Origin: Candidatus Aenigmatarchaeota archaeon
GTDB taxonomy: Archaea > Aenigmatarchaeota > Aenigmatarchaeia > PWEA01 > JACQIF01
Assembly (NCBI GenBank): GCA_016432325.1
Contig: CP066684.1
Span: forward strand, 576,001 to 640,000
Length of the DNA stretch: 64,000 nt
Direction: 5' to 3'
Shown here: positions 9,530 through 19,803 of the stretch, piece after piece
Layout of the letters: each line of letters opens with the position of its first letter
How positions within the stretch are numbered: the first letter of the stretch is position 1
The notes under the pieces: generated by a model
Told to the model about the DNA's origin: nothing
Seen by the model: the letters and a program-made list of their open reading frames with translations, nothing else
The model's database searches: none
Position numbers and translations under genes: made by a program

Positions 9530-9749
9530 CGTCCTCGTAATTTCTCTGCGGTATTTCAACCGTCTTAAGCTTCGATGTCCGACCGGACACGAGCGACGCG
9601 CGTCCGAACGTCTTTTTCAGCACGCACAAAAGCTCGGCGTTCGCCTTACCTTCTGTCGGGCGCGCGTGCAACCACACGATGAGCGTGTCGCCGTCCAGAA
9701 CGACGCGCTCCTGCGAAGAGCCGGGCTTTACGCGGACTTTTATTATCAT
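9495..9749 (-). CDS. DUF167 (YggU) family protein
   Basis: VRVKPGS, PTEGKANAEL, SGRTSK. Confidence 0.85.
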   Translation of the reverse strand: MIIKVRVKPGSSQERVVLDGDTLIVWLHARPTEGKANAELLCVLKKTFGRASLVSGRTSKLKTVEIPQRNYEDVISLVSSVRRR

Positions 9750-10472
9750 CTACGCCACCGCATCGAGGATGAACTTCATTCCTATTAGAGCCAGTGCGGC
9801 CAGAACGAGCGTTTTGAAGGTCTGCTGTGAAACGCGCTGGACGACAAGCTTCCCCACGTAAGTGCCTACAAAAGCAAGTACAAACAAGAATGGTATCGTT
9901 GCGTAGTGCTGTGCACCAAGAAACCCGCTCGTGATGTACACTGGTATGCGTACGATGTCGACGCCGAGAGCTATCGCCGACGCGGTCGCCACGTAACGTT
10001 CCTTCCTCATGCCGAAGCCCGTCAGGAACGCGCCTCTCAGCGCGCCTCCTGTGCCTACGAGCCCTGCGAGGAAGCCGGAGAGCACTCCTCCGACGAACTC
10101 GTTGCGGCCTGTCTCGCGTATCACGAACCGATGGTTCGTGAAGGCGGACGCGGAAAACAGGATGAGGAATATTCCGAGAAGCAGCTTGAAAGCGCCCGCA
10201 GAAACGTAAGCCACGAGCAGCGCACCCGCCACCGTGGCGACGACACTTGGGACGCCGAAGCGCACGAGCATCTTCTTGTCGACTCCACTGTGGAAAAACA
10301 TCAGGCGCGACGCGTTAGAGAAGATGTGAAAGATGGCGACAAGAACGAGTGCCGTACGGAAATCCACGAAGAAGAGCGCGAGCGGCTGGAATATCGTCGA
10401 AGAGCCGAAGCCCACGACTGTTCCGACGATAGCGGAGACGAACGCGGCTAGGAGGAATAACGGGTCTGCCAT
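9750..10472 (-). CDS. TauE/SafE (TSUP) family membrane transporter
   Basis: GTVVGFGSS and GLVGTGG repeats; 7-8 TMs. Confidence 0.85.
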   Translation of the reverse strand: MADPLFLLAAFVSAIVGTVVGFGSSTIFQPLALFFVDFRTALVLVAIFHIFSNASRLMFFHSGVDKKMLVRFGVPSVVATVAGALLVAYVSAGAFKLLLGIFLILFSASAFTNHRFVIRETGRNEFVGGVLSGFLAGLVGTGGALRGAFLTGFGMRKERYVATASAIALGVDIVRIPVYITSGFLGAQHYATIPFLFVLAFVGTYVGKLVVQRVSQQTFKTLVLAALALIGMKFILDAVA

Positions 10473-10520
10473 GCGCCTATTTTCAGGCGTTATTTTATAA
10501 AGGACTGGCCAATCTATACC

Positions 10521-11906
10521 ATGCTCGTCCGCTCCTTAAACCCGGCGACGCTCAAGACGAACGTCAAATTCAAGACCATCTCGTCCGCGGCCGCTCTCAG
10601 GCAGGCCCAGAAGTGCCGCGAGGCTTTCGAGTACTGGCGCACGCTCGACGTCAACGAACGCGCGACGCGCATCAGACGTCTCGCGACCGTTCTGCGAAAC
10701 AAGAAAGAGGACTATGCGCGCACGATGACGATTGAGATGGGCAAACCGATAAAGCAAGCGCTGGCCGAGGTGGAGAAGTGCGCTTGGACCGCGGAGGTTT
10801 ACGCGGACAACGCCGCGCGATGGCTCCGCGACGAGCGCGTAGAGGCTGACGGCAAACGCCACTCTGTGACGTTCGAGCCTCTGGGCGTGATACTCGGCAT
10901 AATGCCGTGGAACTTTCCTTTCTGGCAGGTTTTCCGCTTTGCGATTCCCGCCCTGACCGCAGGGAACGCGTGCATGCTGCGCCACTCTAATGTCGTTCCT
11001 ATGTGTTCCTTGGCAATCGAGGACGCCTTCAGGCAGGCGGGCTTCGCCGACCACATCTTCAAATCCGTGATAACGGACCACGACACCGTTGAAGAATTAA
11101 TCGCGAGCCAGCACATCGCAGGCGTCTCGCTCACCGGAAGCGTTGCTGCCGGAGCGCGCGTCGGCGCTCTGGCCGGTGCGAACATCAAACCGTTCGTTCT
11201 CGAGCTCGGAGGCAGCGACCCGTTCATCGTTCTGGAAGACGCGAACGTCACGCTCGCCTGCAAGAATGCCATGACCGGCCGCACGATTAATTCAGGACAG
11301 AGCTGCATAGCCGCGAAGCGCTTCATCGTCGTACGTGACGTTGCAGACGAGTTCACGGAAAAGCTCGTTCGCTACACGGAGAATCTGAATGTCGGAAACC
11401 CGATGGATGAAAGCACGGACGTCGGTCCGTTAGCGAACGCCGAACAGCTCGAGAAGCTCGACAAGCAGGTCAAAGACGCGGTGCGCAAAGGCGCGCGAGT
11501 GCTTACAGGAGGGCGGCGCGCAGGGCTCCTGAAGCCTTTCAATAAGGGATACTTCTACAAGCCGACTGTTCTTGCGAACGTCAAACCGAACATGCTCGTT
11601 CTGCGCGAGGAGGTGTTCGGTCCTGTATCCCCGATAATCGTCGTGAAAGACGAAGAAGAAGCTATACGCGTCGCGAATGAGAGCGAGTTCGGCCTCGGAG
11701 CCAGCGTGTGGACTCGAGACGCGGAGCACGGAGAAGAAGTCGCGCGGCGCCTGCAGGCAGGCTGCGTCTTCGTGAATAGTATAGTCAAATCGGACCCGCG
11801 CATGCCCTTCGGAGGCGTGAAGCGCAGCGGAGTAGGCCGTGAACTGTCGCACTACGGCCTGAAGTCATTCGTTAATATCAAGGGAGTGAATGTATACGAG
11901 GCATGA
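10521..11906 (+). CDS. NAD(P)-dependent succinate-semialdehyde dehydrogenase-like ALDH
   Basis: IMPWNFPFWQVFR, LELGGSDPFIV, NSGQSCIAAKR, EEVFGP. Confidence 0.9.
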   Translation: MLVRSLNPATLKTNVKFKTISSAAALRQAQKCREAFEYWRTLDVNERATRIRRLATVLRNKKEDYARTMTIEMGKPIKQALAEVEKCAWTAEVYADNAARWLRDERVEADGKRHSVTFEPLGVILGIMPWNFPFWQVFRFAIPALTAGNACMLRHSNVVPMCSLAIEDAFRQAGFADHIFKSVITDHDTVEELIASQHIAGVSLTGSVAAGARVGALAGANIKPFVLELGGSDPFIVLEDANVTLACKNAMTGRTINSGQSCIAAKRFIVVRDVADEFTEKLVRYTENLNVGNPMDESTDVGPLANAEQLEKLDKQVKDAVRKGARVLTGGRRAGLLKPFNKGYFYKPTVLANVKPNMLVLREEVFGPVSPIIVVKDEEEAIRVANESEFGLGASVWTRDAEHGEEVARRLQAGCVFVNSIVKSDPRMPFGGVKRSGVGRELSHYGLKSFVNIKGVNVYEA

Positions 11907-11910
11907 CCCT

Positions 11911-12213
11911 TCAAGCGCCGTCCATCTTATCCGAGGTCCCTTTCATCATGGCGCTCCATTTACTCATCTCATCGGCAGTTTTCTTCGCGTCGGGGTACAT
12001 TGAGCGGGCCTTCTCGGCGTATTCTGCGGCTTCTGCCAGATCGCCTCTCTGGCGCGCCTCTTCAGAGCGCCCCCAGTCCATTTCTATCTCATACATGATT
12101 CGTTCGTGTTCCACATGGGCCTCCATAAATCTGGCCTTGTATGACTGCCCTTCCTTGAAGAGGTCAAGCGTTTTCTTCAATTTCGCCAAATCGCGTTCGA
12201 AATCTTTGTCCAT
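11911..12213 (-). CDS. hypothetical helical protein
   Basis: charged helical ORF filling the gap. Confidence 0.55.
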   Translation of the reverse strand: MDKDFERDLAKLKKTLDLFKEGQSYKARFMEAHVEHERIMYEIEMDWGRSEEARQRGDLAEAAEYAEKARSMYPDAKKTADEMSKWSAMMKGTSDKMDGA

Positions 12214-12262
12214 CTTACTATCTTAGCGCAAAGCTTTAAATCCGTCTCGTCAATCGAGTACT

Positions 12263-13429
12263 ATGGCTCGTTATGTCGTTCTGGGCGGCTACGGGGGAAT
12301 GGGGTCCGTTTGCGTAAAAGACCTGTTCGAGACCGCGAAAGGCGCCACTATCGTAATAGCGGGCCGGGACCTGAAGAAGGCGAAGGCGTACGCGTCCACG
12401 TTCCGTTCGCGCCGCGTCAAGGCGGCGGATGTTGACGTCACGAATGTGCGTGCGACAGCGCGTCTGCTCAAGGGCGCGGACGTCTGCATCAACGCCGTGC
12501 AGTACTACTACAATCTCGACGTGATGCGCGCATGTCTGAAAGCGCGCGTCAACTACGTGGATTTGGGCGGTCTTTATCACGTCACGTTAAAACAACTCAA
12601 GCTCAACGCCGCCTTCGCCAAGATTGGCAAAGTAGCCGTTCTTGGATGCGGCTCAACCCCCGGGATAACTAACGTGATGGCCGCGTACGGAGGAGCGCTG
12701 ATGGAACGCGTACACCGCGTACATATCCGCTTCGGGGACAAGGACTATACGAACTGGGGAGTCCCTTTCGTGGTTCCATATTCGATGGATACCGTTTTCG
12801 ACGAGTTCACGATGAAACCCGCGATATTCATGAACGGCAAGCATCGGCTCGTATCGCCGAGAAGCGGCGAGTCTGACGAAAACTTTCCATCGCCTGTAGG
12901 CAAGCTCCGATCATTCCGCATACTTCACTCGGAGCTGGCCACGCTGCCCGCGCATTTCAAAAGAAAGGGGATACGCGACATGGACTTCAAGGCCGGCTTC
13001 CCTCAGGATTTCGTAGACAAGGTCGACTTCCTGGTGGATCTGGGTTTCGCGTCCATAGAGCAAGTGGTCGTAGGCTCTAAAAGCGTACGGCTTCGCGACG
13101 TGATTGTAGCGGTTTTAAACAAACCCAAACCGTCGCCGCGCGTGCGCGTCATGGACGTCGAGATGCTTGTCGTCGAACTCGTCGGCAAGTCCAACGGAAA
13201 GAACGTGACAGTAAGAGTCTTCTGCAAAGCGATAACGCACGACAACATCTCCGCCGGAACATGGGACACAGGAACGCCTCCGTCCATAATCGCGCAGATG
13301 GTGGCGCGCGGTCTGCGCGTCCGAGGCGTCATGGCTCCTGAGACGGCCGTGCCGTCAAAGCCGTTTTTCAAGGAACTCAAAAAACGCGGCATTCACGTCT
13401 ATACGGAAGTCAGGAAACACGATGTCTAG
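12263..13429 (+). CDS. saccharopine dehydrogenase family oxidoreductase
   Basis: VLGGYGGMG, NYVDLGG, GCGSTPGITN, HSELATLP. Confidence 0.85.
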   Translation: MARYVVLGGYGGMGSVCVKDLFETAKGATIVIAGRDLKKAKAYASTFRSRRVKAADVDVTNVRATARLLKGADVCINAVQYYYNLDVMRACLKARVNYVDLGGLYHVTLKQLKLNAAFAKIGKVAVLGCGSTPGITNVMAAYGGALMERVHRVHIRFGDKDYTNWGVPFVVPYSMDTVFDEFTMKPAIFMNGKHRLVSPRSGESDENFPSPVGKLRSFRILHSELATLPAHFKRKGIRDMDFKAGFPQDFVDKVDFLVDLGFASIEQVVVGSKSVRLRDVIVAVLNKPKPSPRVRVMDVEMLVVELVGKSNGKNVTVRVFCKAITHDNISAGTWDTGTPPSIIAQMVARGLRVRGVMAPETAVPSKPFFKELKKRGIHVYTEVRKHDV

Positions 13430-13737
13430 ATGACGCGCAGCGTCGCTTTTAAGAATATCTTTGCTTTCCCCAGTTCCGACCTGCCTTTCGAAGTCGTTGT
13501 GTAGACGATTTCCCGCCCCTCCCGTTCGCGCCTCACGTAGCCTCCTTTCTGCAGCAGGTACAATACCTTGTATACCGTAACGTTCCCCGTTACAAAACCG
13601 AAGCGCTGCGTGACGAGCCTCTTTATCCGCGCGCCGCTCGTGCTTTTCATCGACAGTACGCTCAGAACGAACAGCCAGAGGTTCTCTTTCTCAACCTTGC
13701 GCGCGAGACGTGCTGACGGCTTCTGCATACGCGGCAT
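13426..13737 (-). CDS. PadR family transcriptional regulator
   Basis: VTVYKVLYLLQKGGYV...YTTTSKGR winged helix. Confidence 0.8.
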   Translation of the reverse strand: MPRMQKPSARLARKVEKENLWLFVLSVLSMKSTSGARIKRLVTQRFGFVTGNVTVYKVLYLLQKGGYVRREREGREIVYTTTSKGRSELGKAKIFLKATLRVI

Positions 13738-13780
13738 GTGCGAGAGGCGCTTATATAGATATTTTACAGTATTGTAAAAC

Positions 13781-14821
13781 ATGGTCGTGAAAGCCTACGC
13801 GTACACGATAGTCTCCCCGCGCAAGATGGCGAGAGTGGGGACGAACGTAGAGGCGAGCGAAGGCGATGTTCTTCTGAAGCCCTTACTCACAGGCATCTGC
13901 CCGTCTGACACGGCCTACTTCACGGGCGCGAGACCGCCCGATGTCCTGAAACGCGCTTACCCTCTTATTCCATTCCACGAGTGCGTTGCAGAAGACACTT
14001 CAGGACGCGTTGTCATCCCTGTCCCCAATATCCCGTGCTACGTCCGCGACAAGAACCGCTCAAGGGATTCGTGCCACGCATGCCGCACCGACGGTGCAGG
14101 CGAAAATTACTGCCCAGACGCGCTCTTCTCGTCCAGCAATGCGCCCGGCTTCGCCCGAACGCTCTTCGCCCATCCCAAGGAGTGCGTGCTGCCCGTCCAC
14201 AAGAACGTCCCACTCGAAGTAGCGTGTCTCGCTGAGCCCCTCTCCGTAGCCGTCCACGCAACGCGCGACGCCGGTCTGGAAAAAGGCCAGAGCGTCTGCG
14301 TAGTTGGCGACGGCCCAATAGGCCGGGCTAACGCCCTGCTCGCATACGCACGGGGCATACGAAAAGAAGACAACTACATCGTAGGCGTCTCTGAAAGCAG
14401 GTTGAAGAGGGCTTCAGACTATGCGACTACAATGAACGCATCGCACGATTCCATCGAGAGGGAGTTTGACACGGTCTTCGAATGCGTCGGGGGTGACAGC
14501 CACTCGGCCGTCCTGCAAAGGGCTCTCGGCTTGGTGAGGCCGGGAGGAAAACTTGTTCTCCTGGGCCAGGGCGAAGCGCTGCACACCTCGTCCCGCGCGC
14601 TCATGAAGAAAGGAGTTACAATTCTGCCTCGTGTGCGGTCGTCAACGCAGGACGTCGCAGAGGCGCTGTGGCGCATGACAGGCAAAGAGTTCGGCCGGCA
14701 CGCGGCCCAGCTGGTAGGCGACAGCGTACATGTCAGGGACGTCTATTCCTTCGAAAAGGCATTTGACGTTTCTACGTACTCCGTAGGCAAGCAGATGATG
14801 GACTGGAGGAAACTTGAATGA
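13781..14821 (+). CDS. Zn-dependent dehydrogenase, TarJ (ribulose-5-phosphate reductase)-like
   Basis: GICPSD.AYFTG.RPP, HEC, GENYC, EPLSV, VGDGPIG. Confidence 0.7.
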   Translation: MVVKAYAYTIVSPRKMARVGTNVEASEGDVLLKPLLTGICPSDTAYFTGARPPDVLKRAYPLIPFHECVAEDTSGRVVIPVPNIPCYVRDKNRSRDSCHACRTDGAGENYCPDALFSSSNAPGFARTLFAHPKECVLPVHKNVPLEVACLAEPLSVAVHATRDAGLEKGQSVCVVGDGPIGRANALLAYARGIRKEDNYIVGVSESRLKRASDYATTMNASHDSIEREFDTVFECVGGDSHSAVLQRALGLVRPGGKLVLLGQGEALHTSSRALMKKGVTILPRVRSSTQDVAEALWRMTGKEFGRHAAQLVGDSVHVRDVYSFEKAFDVSTYSVGKQMMDWRKLE

Positions 14822-14877
14822 ACCTCATCGAAAACTGCACTTTTCGAACGGTTCGTTGCAAGAGTCGGTGATGCGCA

Positions 14878-15435
14878 ATGAACCTGCCAAATAAGATAAC
14901 GGTTCTCAGGTTCGTTCTCACGGGCGTAGCTCTTGTCCTTCTCTACCTCCCGGGATTCGAGGCCAAAGCAGGCGCGCTCGCGTTCTTCGTTCTGGCCGCG
15001 CTCTCCGACCAACTGGACGGCTACATCGCGCGCACGCGCAATCTCGAGACGTTCTTCGGCAAGATATTCGACCAGACCGCGGACAAGGTTCTCGTCAACC
15101 TTTTCTGGCTGGCGTTTCTTGACTTGCGGCTCCTGCCGTTCTGGCTCGTCGCTCTCAACCTGTTCCGCGAAATCGTCGTCGTTTCTGTGCGCGGCGCCGT
15201 GGCCGAGAAAGGCGTCATAATGAAGTCCGAGAAATCCGGCAAGTACAAGGCCGCGCTGCAGATGCTCGTGATATTTGCCGGCCTGTCGCTTGTCGTATTG
15301 ACGTATCCGGGCTCGCTTCCTCAATACGCTTCGGACACTCTGCTATGGCTGGGCGTCGCGACAGTTGCCGTGTCATACTGGGCGCTGATAGACTTCTTCG
15401 TCAAGAACAAAGACGCGATTTTCGCGGACGCTTAG
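14878..15435 (+). CDS. CDP-alcohol phosphatidyltransferase (PgsA-like)
   Basis: NLPNKITVLR, DQLDGYIAR...GKIFDQTADK. Confidence 0.9.
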   Translation: MNLPNKITVLRFVLTGVALVLLYLPGFEAKAGALAFFVLAALSDQLDGYIARTRNLETFFGKIFDQTADKVLVNLFWLAFLDLRLLPFWLVALNLFREIVVVSVRGAVAEKGVIMKSEKSGKYKAALQMLVIFAGLSLVVLTYPGSLPQYASDTLLWLGVATVAVSYWALIDFFVKNKDAIFADA

Positions 15436-15797
15436 TCGTACTCTCTCCATCTGTGGCCGCACTTGGCACACGCTAAAAACCGAGTAGGCGGTTCGTCCGC
15501 TGAGCGCGTCTGCTGTATCCACCAGTGGGCCTCGTTGTGCGAGCACTTGGGACACTCTGTTTTCGTTATGGGCAGGGCGTCCATCTCCGTGTTCTTCTCC
15601 ATCACCACGACGCTTTCGGAGGGCTTGGTCTGGATTTTTTCCCTGAGGAGCACGCGTTCGTTGCGCTTCATCGAACGGCGCGTACCGCACGCGCGGCAGG
15701 CTATCACAGTAGTAGTCTTGAGCTTCTTGGGAACCATTATCCCGCCGCACTTCTTGCAGAATTCAACGATGTTAAGCACCCGGAGCGTTCTGACCAA
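15432..15797 (-). CDS. tfs: transcription factor S
   Basis: two Zn ribbons; QTRSADEPPTRF motif; true start probably nearer 15770. Confidence 0.9.
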   Translation of the reverse strand: MVRTLRVLNIVEFCKKCGGIMVPKKLKTTTVIACRACGTRRSMKRNERVLLREKIQTKPSESVVVMEKNTEMDALPITKTECPKCSHNEAHWWIQQTRSADEPPTRFLACAKCGHRWREYD

Positions 15798-15827
15798 TAG
15801 AACGTGGGTCGTATTTAAGCGTTTACG

Positions 15828-16400
15828 TCAGCCTGTCGCGGCCAATCCGCCCAACACAGACGCGAACGTGGCCGCAAAGAACACCGTCGCCAGTATGATG
15901 AGCACGACAATCGGTATTACCAAGCCCGCGAACGCTTTGAGCTTGCTCACTCCGTGAACTTGGGCGAGACCCACGACGTTGAGATATATTCCATACAGTC
16001 CCGCGAGAATTCCCACGAGAGGAATCCATGTGAGAAGCTGCGTCGCGCTCGTGGAGCCGAAGACGCGCACGGTTCCTTCGTACGTTCCCTTGCCTCCGAG
16101 GAAGCCCATCACCACCTGTATGACGCCGCTTCCAAGGAACAGTCCAACCAGCCCTCCGACGATAGAAGCGACTACTGAGATGGGAATCGAGTCCACGCCA
16201 GCGCCGACTCCTTTCAGGCCGAACAGGCTCAGAGCGGCCGCGAGGCCCAGGAAAGAAACTATCCCGGACAGCAGGCCGCCTATGGCCAGGTTTATCGCGG
16301 CGAATTTCGCAGGCTCCGCGTAGCCGCCTGTCACAGGCATCTTGGAGAAGAATTCGCTTGGGTGGATAAGAACGCTCTTGACGTTGTCAACGTATCCCAT
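15828..16400 (-). CDS. Yip1 family membrane protein
   Basis: VLIHPSEFF, GGKGTYEGTVRV; 5 TMs. Confidence 0.8.
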   Translation of the reverse strand: MGYVDNVKSVLIHPSEFFSKMPVTGGYAEPAKFAAINLAIGGLLSGIVSFLGLAAALSLFGLKGVGAGVDSIPISVVASIVGGLVGLFLGSGVIQVVMGFLGGKGTYEGTVRVFGSTSATQLLTWIPLVGILAGLYGIYLNVVGLAQVHGVSKLKAFAGLVIPIVVLIILATVFFAATFASVLGGLAATG

Positions 16401-16452
16401 GGGACTCTGTTCGAGCCGCCGAATATATAAAGGTTGGATGCTATTTGGATGC

Positions 16453-16722
16453 ATGGGACTTTTCGGCGGGTCTAAGACGAGTGCGGAAGATGCCCTGCGC
16501 GACGCTCTAAGAAAGGTGTGTACGGAACTCCCTGCAATGTCGAAGGTACTCGGAATTGGGGAAAAAAACGCGCGCTTCCTCAAAGAAGAGGTAGAGAAGG
16601 GCGCCACACAAAATCTAACATGGAGTACCGCCCAAACCCTGGCAGACAGCTTGGAGAACGAGGCGACTCGCCTCGATGAATTATCTAAAACCCTTAGAGA
16701 CGCGGCCAAGAAGCCCGCCTGA
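16453..16722 (+). CDS. hypothetical protein
   Basis: MGLFGG start after TATA-like TATATAA; helical. Confidence 0.5.
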   Translation: MGLFGGSKTSAEDALRDALRKVCTELPAMSKVLGIGEKNARFLKEEVEKGATQNLTWSTAQTLADSLENEATRLDELSKTLRDAAKKPA

Positions 16723-17463
16723 TTAAAGCTTCTTCACTCTTCCGGGCCTCGGCTCATAGCACGCTCCCGACTCCAGCAGTTCGTTTATCACTGGCTCGAC
16801 GTGCGCCTCTGGCAGCGCGACTTCCTTTATCACGGTCCCGTACTCCGCGCCTGAGCCGTCGTCGAGACGCACGATTGCCGCAAGCACGCGCTCCTTTACG
16901 GTCTTTTTGTCTTCCGTGTTCTCGGCCGCCTCTGACACGAGAACGACTGCCTCGGCCAGCTCCGGGCTTATCCCAGCCGCGGCCGCCAGTTTCTTCAGTT
17001 CTTCCGTATCCGAGATCTGCTTGCGTATCTCAAGAATGCGCGCCTTCGCGTTCTCGAGCGCCTTCTTCTGCGCGGCGAGTTCCGCAAGCCTCAGGAGCAA
17101 AAAGTTCGGGTCCTCGACCTTGCGCATTATTTCAGGCTGTACGTACAGCTCGCCTTCGTACTTCTTTATCTTGCCTATCACGTCCACGAAGTCGCCTATC
17201 TCTATGCCTTCAAGGGGCTTGACGTTTTTGAAGAACTTGACGCGTATCGTCTCCGTTTCATCGTCCAGCACGAGAAAGCCGTACTGGTTGTCCTCGGAAA
17301 CGAACTTGTTCATCACAGTACCGAGCACACGCGCGCGCGACACTCGCATGCCTTCCTTCGTTATCACGTAGGCCGATTCAAATCCCTGGGCCGCGTGATA
17401 TATGCCTGCGGCAAGCTGCCCTATCTGCGCCTTCACTGCCGTCAAACGCGTGCGATCTGCCAT
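16723..17463 (-). CDS. RPA32-like OB-fold ssDNA-binding protein
   Basis: SRARVLGTV, LDDETETIRV, VDVIGK; C-terminal wHTH YEPRPG. Confidence 0.85.
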   Translation of the reverse strand: MADRTRLTAVKAQIGQLAAGIYHAAQGFESAYVITKEGMRVSRARVLGTVMNKFVSEDNQYGFLVLDDETETIRVKFFKNVKPLEGIEIGDFVDVIGKIKKYEGELYVQPEIMRKVEDPNFLLLRLAELAAQKKALENAKARILEIRKQISDTEELKKLAAAAGISPELAEAVVLVSEAAENTEDKKTVKERVLAAIVRLDDGSGAEYGTVIKEVALPEAHVEPVINELLESGACYEPRPGRVKKL

Positions 17464-17473
17464 TCAAATCACC

Positions 17474-19471
17474 TCATACTTTCTGCAAGTGCCCCATTCT
17501 TGGAGCGAACAACATTCCCTTGTGCTTCATTTCGTTCAATATCGTGTTAGCCGCGGTCTCGTCTATGCCCTTGTCTTCCAAAGCGGCCATTATCTCCTGT
17601 TCCGGTATGACCTTTCCGAGGCTTTTCTCCAGCTCTTCTATGGTTTCAACGACAGTGCGTATCCTGTTCCTCTGCGACGCGGATGTGCCGCCCTCGGCTT
17701 TGTCTATGTCAAGCTCGCCCGTTTCGGTGTCAGAACCCAGTTGACGAATAGATTCTTTCATGAGCCGTATCGCGCGTTCCGCGTCTTCGTCGTTTACTTC
17801 CTCCGCCAGCCTCAGGCGCGCCGAAGCTTCGGAGAGCCTCATCAGCGCCTCGTATTGACGCAGAGTTATGGGAACCGCACGGTGTTCGCCTGCCTGCCTG
17901 GCGCGCAGTTCCACGAAGAAGTTCTTGAACATCGCGGCGGCCTTGCGCGTCATCTGCGGCGACGCGGTTTTTCTGGCAAGCGCTATGTACTTCTTGAAGA
18001 ATACCGTGTCCACCTCGGGCTTTACCGCATCGCCACCAAGACGCGAGCGTATCACGTGTTCCACAAGGCGCTCGTCGTTCTCTTTGTCCGGCTTGTCCTT
18101 GAGAACGAACTTCACGTCAAAACGCGAGAGCAGGGTGTCCGGTATCTCTATCTGTTCGGCAATCGAACGGCCCTCGTCGAACCTCGAGAACTTGGGGTTG
18201 CAGCCGGCGAGTATGGCCGTCCGCGCCGGAAGCGTCGTCTGTATCGTCGCCTTTGAAATGGAAACGGTCTGGGCGCTCATCGCCTCGTGGAGGTTTATTT
18301 GGTCCTCGCGCGACATCTTGTCGAACTCGTCTATGCAGAGCACGCTCTTGTTCGACAGGACGACCGCTCCGGCCTCGAGCACCCAGCCGCCCACGAACTC
18401 GTCGTCCTTCACTACCGTCGCCGTAAGGCCGGCCGCGCTTGTGCCTTTGCCAGAAACGTAACGTCCGCGGGGCATGAACTCCGCGACGTGCTGCAACAGT
18501 TGCGTCTTGCCCACGGACGGGTCGCCAACGAGCAGGATATGCAAGTCCCCGCGTATGCGCATTCCGTCAGGCAGCACCTGCGGAACTCCCCCGAAAAGCT
18601 GCAGGATTATCGCTTCCTTGACCTCGTTCAAACCGTACATCGAAGGAGCCAGAGAACGGACGAGCGTGGCGCAGGCGTCTGGTCTCGCCGCGAACTCCCT
18701 TATCGCGCGCTCGTCCTCGGGCGTGATTATGACCTCTTCGAAGTCCTGTTCCACGGCCTTTATAGAGTTTGCTTCCAGGAACATCTCGAGCTGCCTCGAG
18801 CGCACGCCGTCTATCTTCTTCGGCAGCTCGCGGACTATGCCCGTTATCTCCAGACGCGCGCCGGGATCCGTTTTCCTCTGGACCTTCGGAGTCGTCAGAT
18901 CGTCTTTCAGGAATATCTTTATCGTTCCCGGCCTCTCGCCCAGAATCATCTCGAGGTTGTCCTCCATCACTATGTACCGCGCGTCGTGCAGCGTGCGGTC
19001 TATGAACTTGAAGCCTTTCTTGCGGCCGCACGAGCAGCCGTTCGGGTAGGAGAGTGTCTGCGCGACCTGGAGGACTTCGTGCCGCTCTCCGCAGTCCGGG
19101 CATTCGAATATCGCGTTCTGAACTTCGGGCATAACCTCGGAGGCGCGCTTTATCGTTCCTTCCAGGCGGACGAACTTGCCGATGTGCTCGCTTCTCAAAT
19201 CCTTGATGCGGATGCGCACGTCATCGGGCACGCCTTCAAATCTGAACGTTATTCTCTTAGGCTTGTCTGTCCCGAGGTCTATTCCTTTCTGCGCTTCCGC
19301 CAAATCGATGAAGAATCTTTCCGGTGCGTGAAGCAGCACGTCTGAGAGAACAGGGTCGAAGCGGTCGAGGTCCGCATAGTCAACGTAGACGTGGTTGAGT
19401 CCTTCCGAAGCCGCGTTGAGCAACTTCTGATAACACATCTCGCGTATGAACTGCTCCAGTTTTTCTATCAC
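17474..19471 (-). CDS. mcm: replicative helicase MCM
   Basis: GDPSVGKTQ, GLTATV, IDEFDKM, LLSRFD, Zn finger; no intein. Confidence 0.97.
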   Translation of the reverse strand: MIEKLEQFIREMCYQKLLNAASEGLNHVYVDYADLDRFDPVLSDVLLHAPERFFIDLAEAQKGIDLGTDKPKRITFRFEGVPDDVRIRIKDLRSEHIGKFVRLEGTIKRASEVMPEVQNAIFECPDCGERHEVLQVAQTLSYPNGCSCGRKKGFKFIDRTLHDARYIVMEDNLEMILGERPGTIKIFLKDDLTTPKVQRKTDPGARLEITGIVRELPKKIDGVRSRQLEMFLEANSIKAVEQDFEEVIITPEDERAIREFAARPDACATLVRSLAPSMYGLNEVKEAIILQLFGGVPQVLPDGMRIRGDLHILLVGDPSVGKTQLLQHVAEFMPRGRYVSGKGTSAAGLTATVVKDDEFVGGWVLEAGAVVLSNKSVLCIDEFDKMSREDQINLHEAMSAQTVSISKATIQTTLPARTAILAGCNPKFSRFDEGRSIAEQIEIPDTLLSRFDVKFVLKDKPDKENDERLVEHVIRSRLGGDAVKPEVDTVFFKKYIALARKTASPQMTRKAAAMFKNFFVELRARQAGEHRAVPITLRQYEALMRLSEASARLRLAEEVNDEDAERAIRLMKESIRQLGSDTETGELDIDKAEGGTSASQRNRIRTVVETIEELEKSLGKVIPEQEIMAALEDKGIDETAANTILNEMKHKGMLFAPRMGHLQKV

Positions 19472-19803
19472 GGTTCTCGCCGTCTTTGTAGTGGGCGGAT
19501 GGTATTATACTGATATTTCTGGTGCAGTTCCGCTATGCCGCTAGCAAGCGGCTAATGAAACCCGCAGGTTTCACGTTGCCGCTACGAAGATATGTCCCCG
19601 ACGAAGAGAGCAATTGCCGCGAATACTATATAAATTGCTTTTTCACGTGAACAAGCGGGCGTGAATACGAGAAACGGCGTGAAGCTGTTCCGGATAAATG
19701 TCTTATGCGGAGGGGACACTCTCTCTGTCTGTCACGAAGACCTTGTATGCGGTTGGCGAGTCTCGCTCGCCGGTTTTCAATATAACAACTGGTGCGTCAG
19801 CCT

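Noticed and set aside
7430-19471. Genome-wide CUG Leu-to-Ser reassignment
   Set aside because: CTG occupies conserved Leu positions in the ALDH (LELGGK) and MCM (ILLVGDP) motifs.
19472-19800. Replication origin upstream of mcm
   Set aside because: No ORB-like repeats, AT-rich unwinding element or cdc6 gene is visible; only promoters and two small hairpins.
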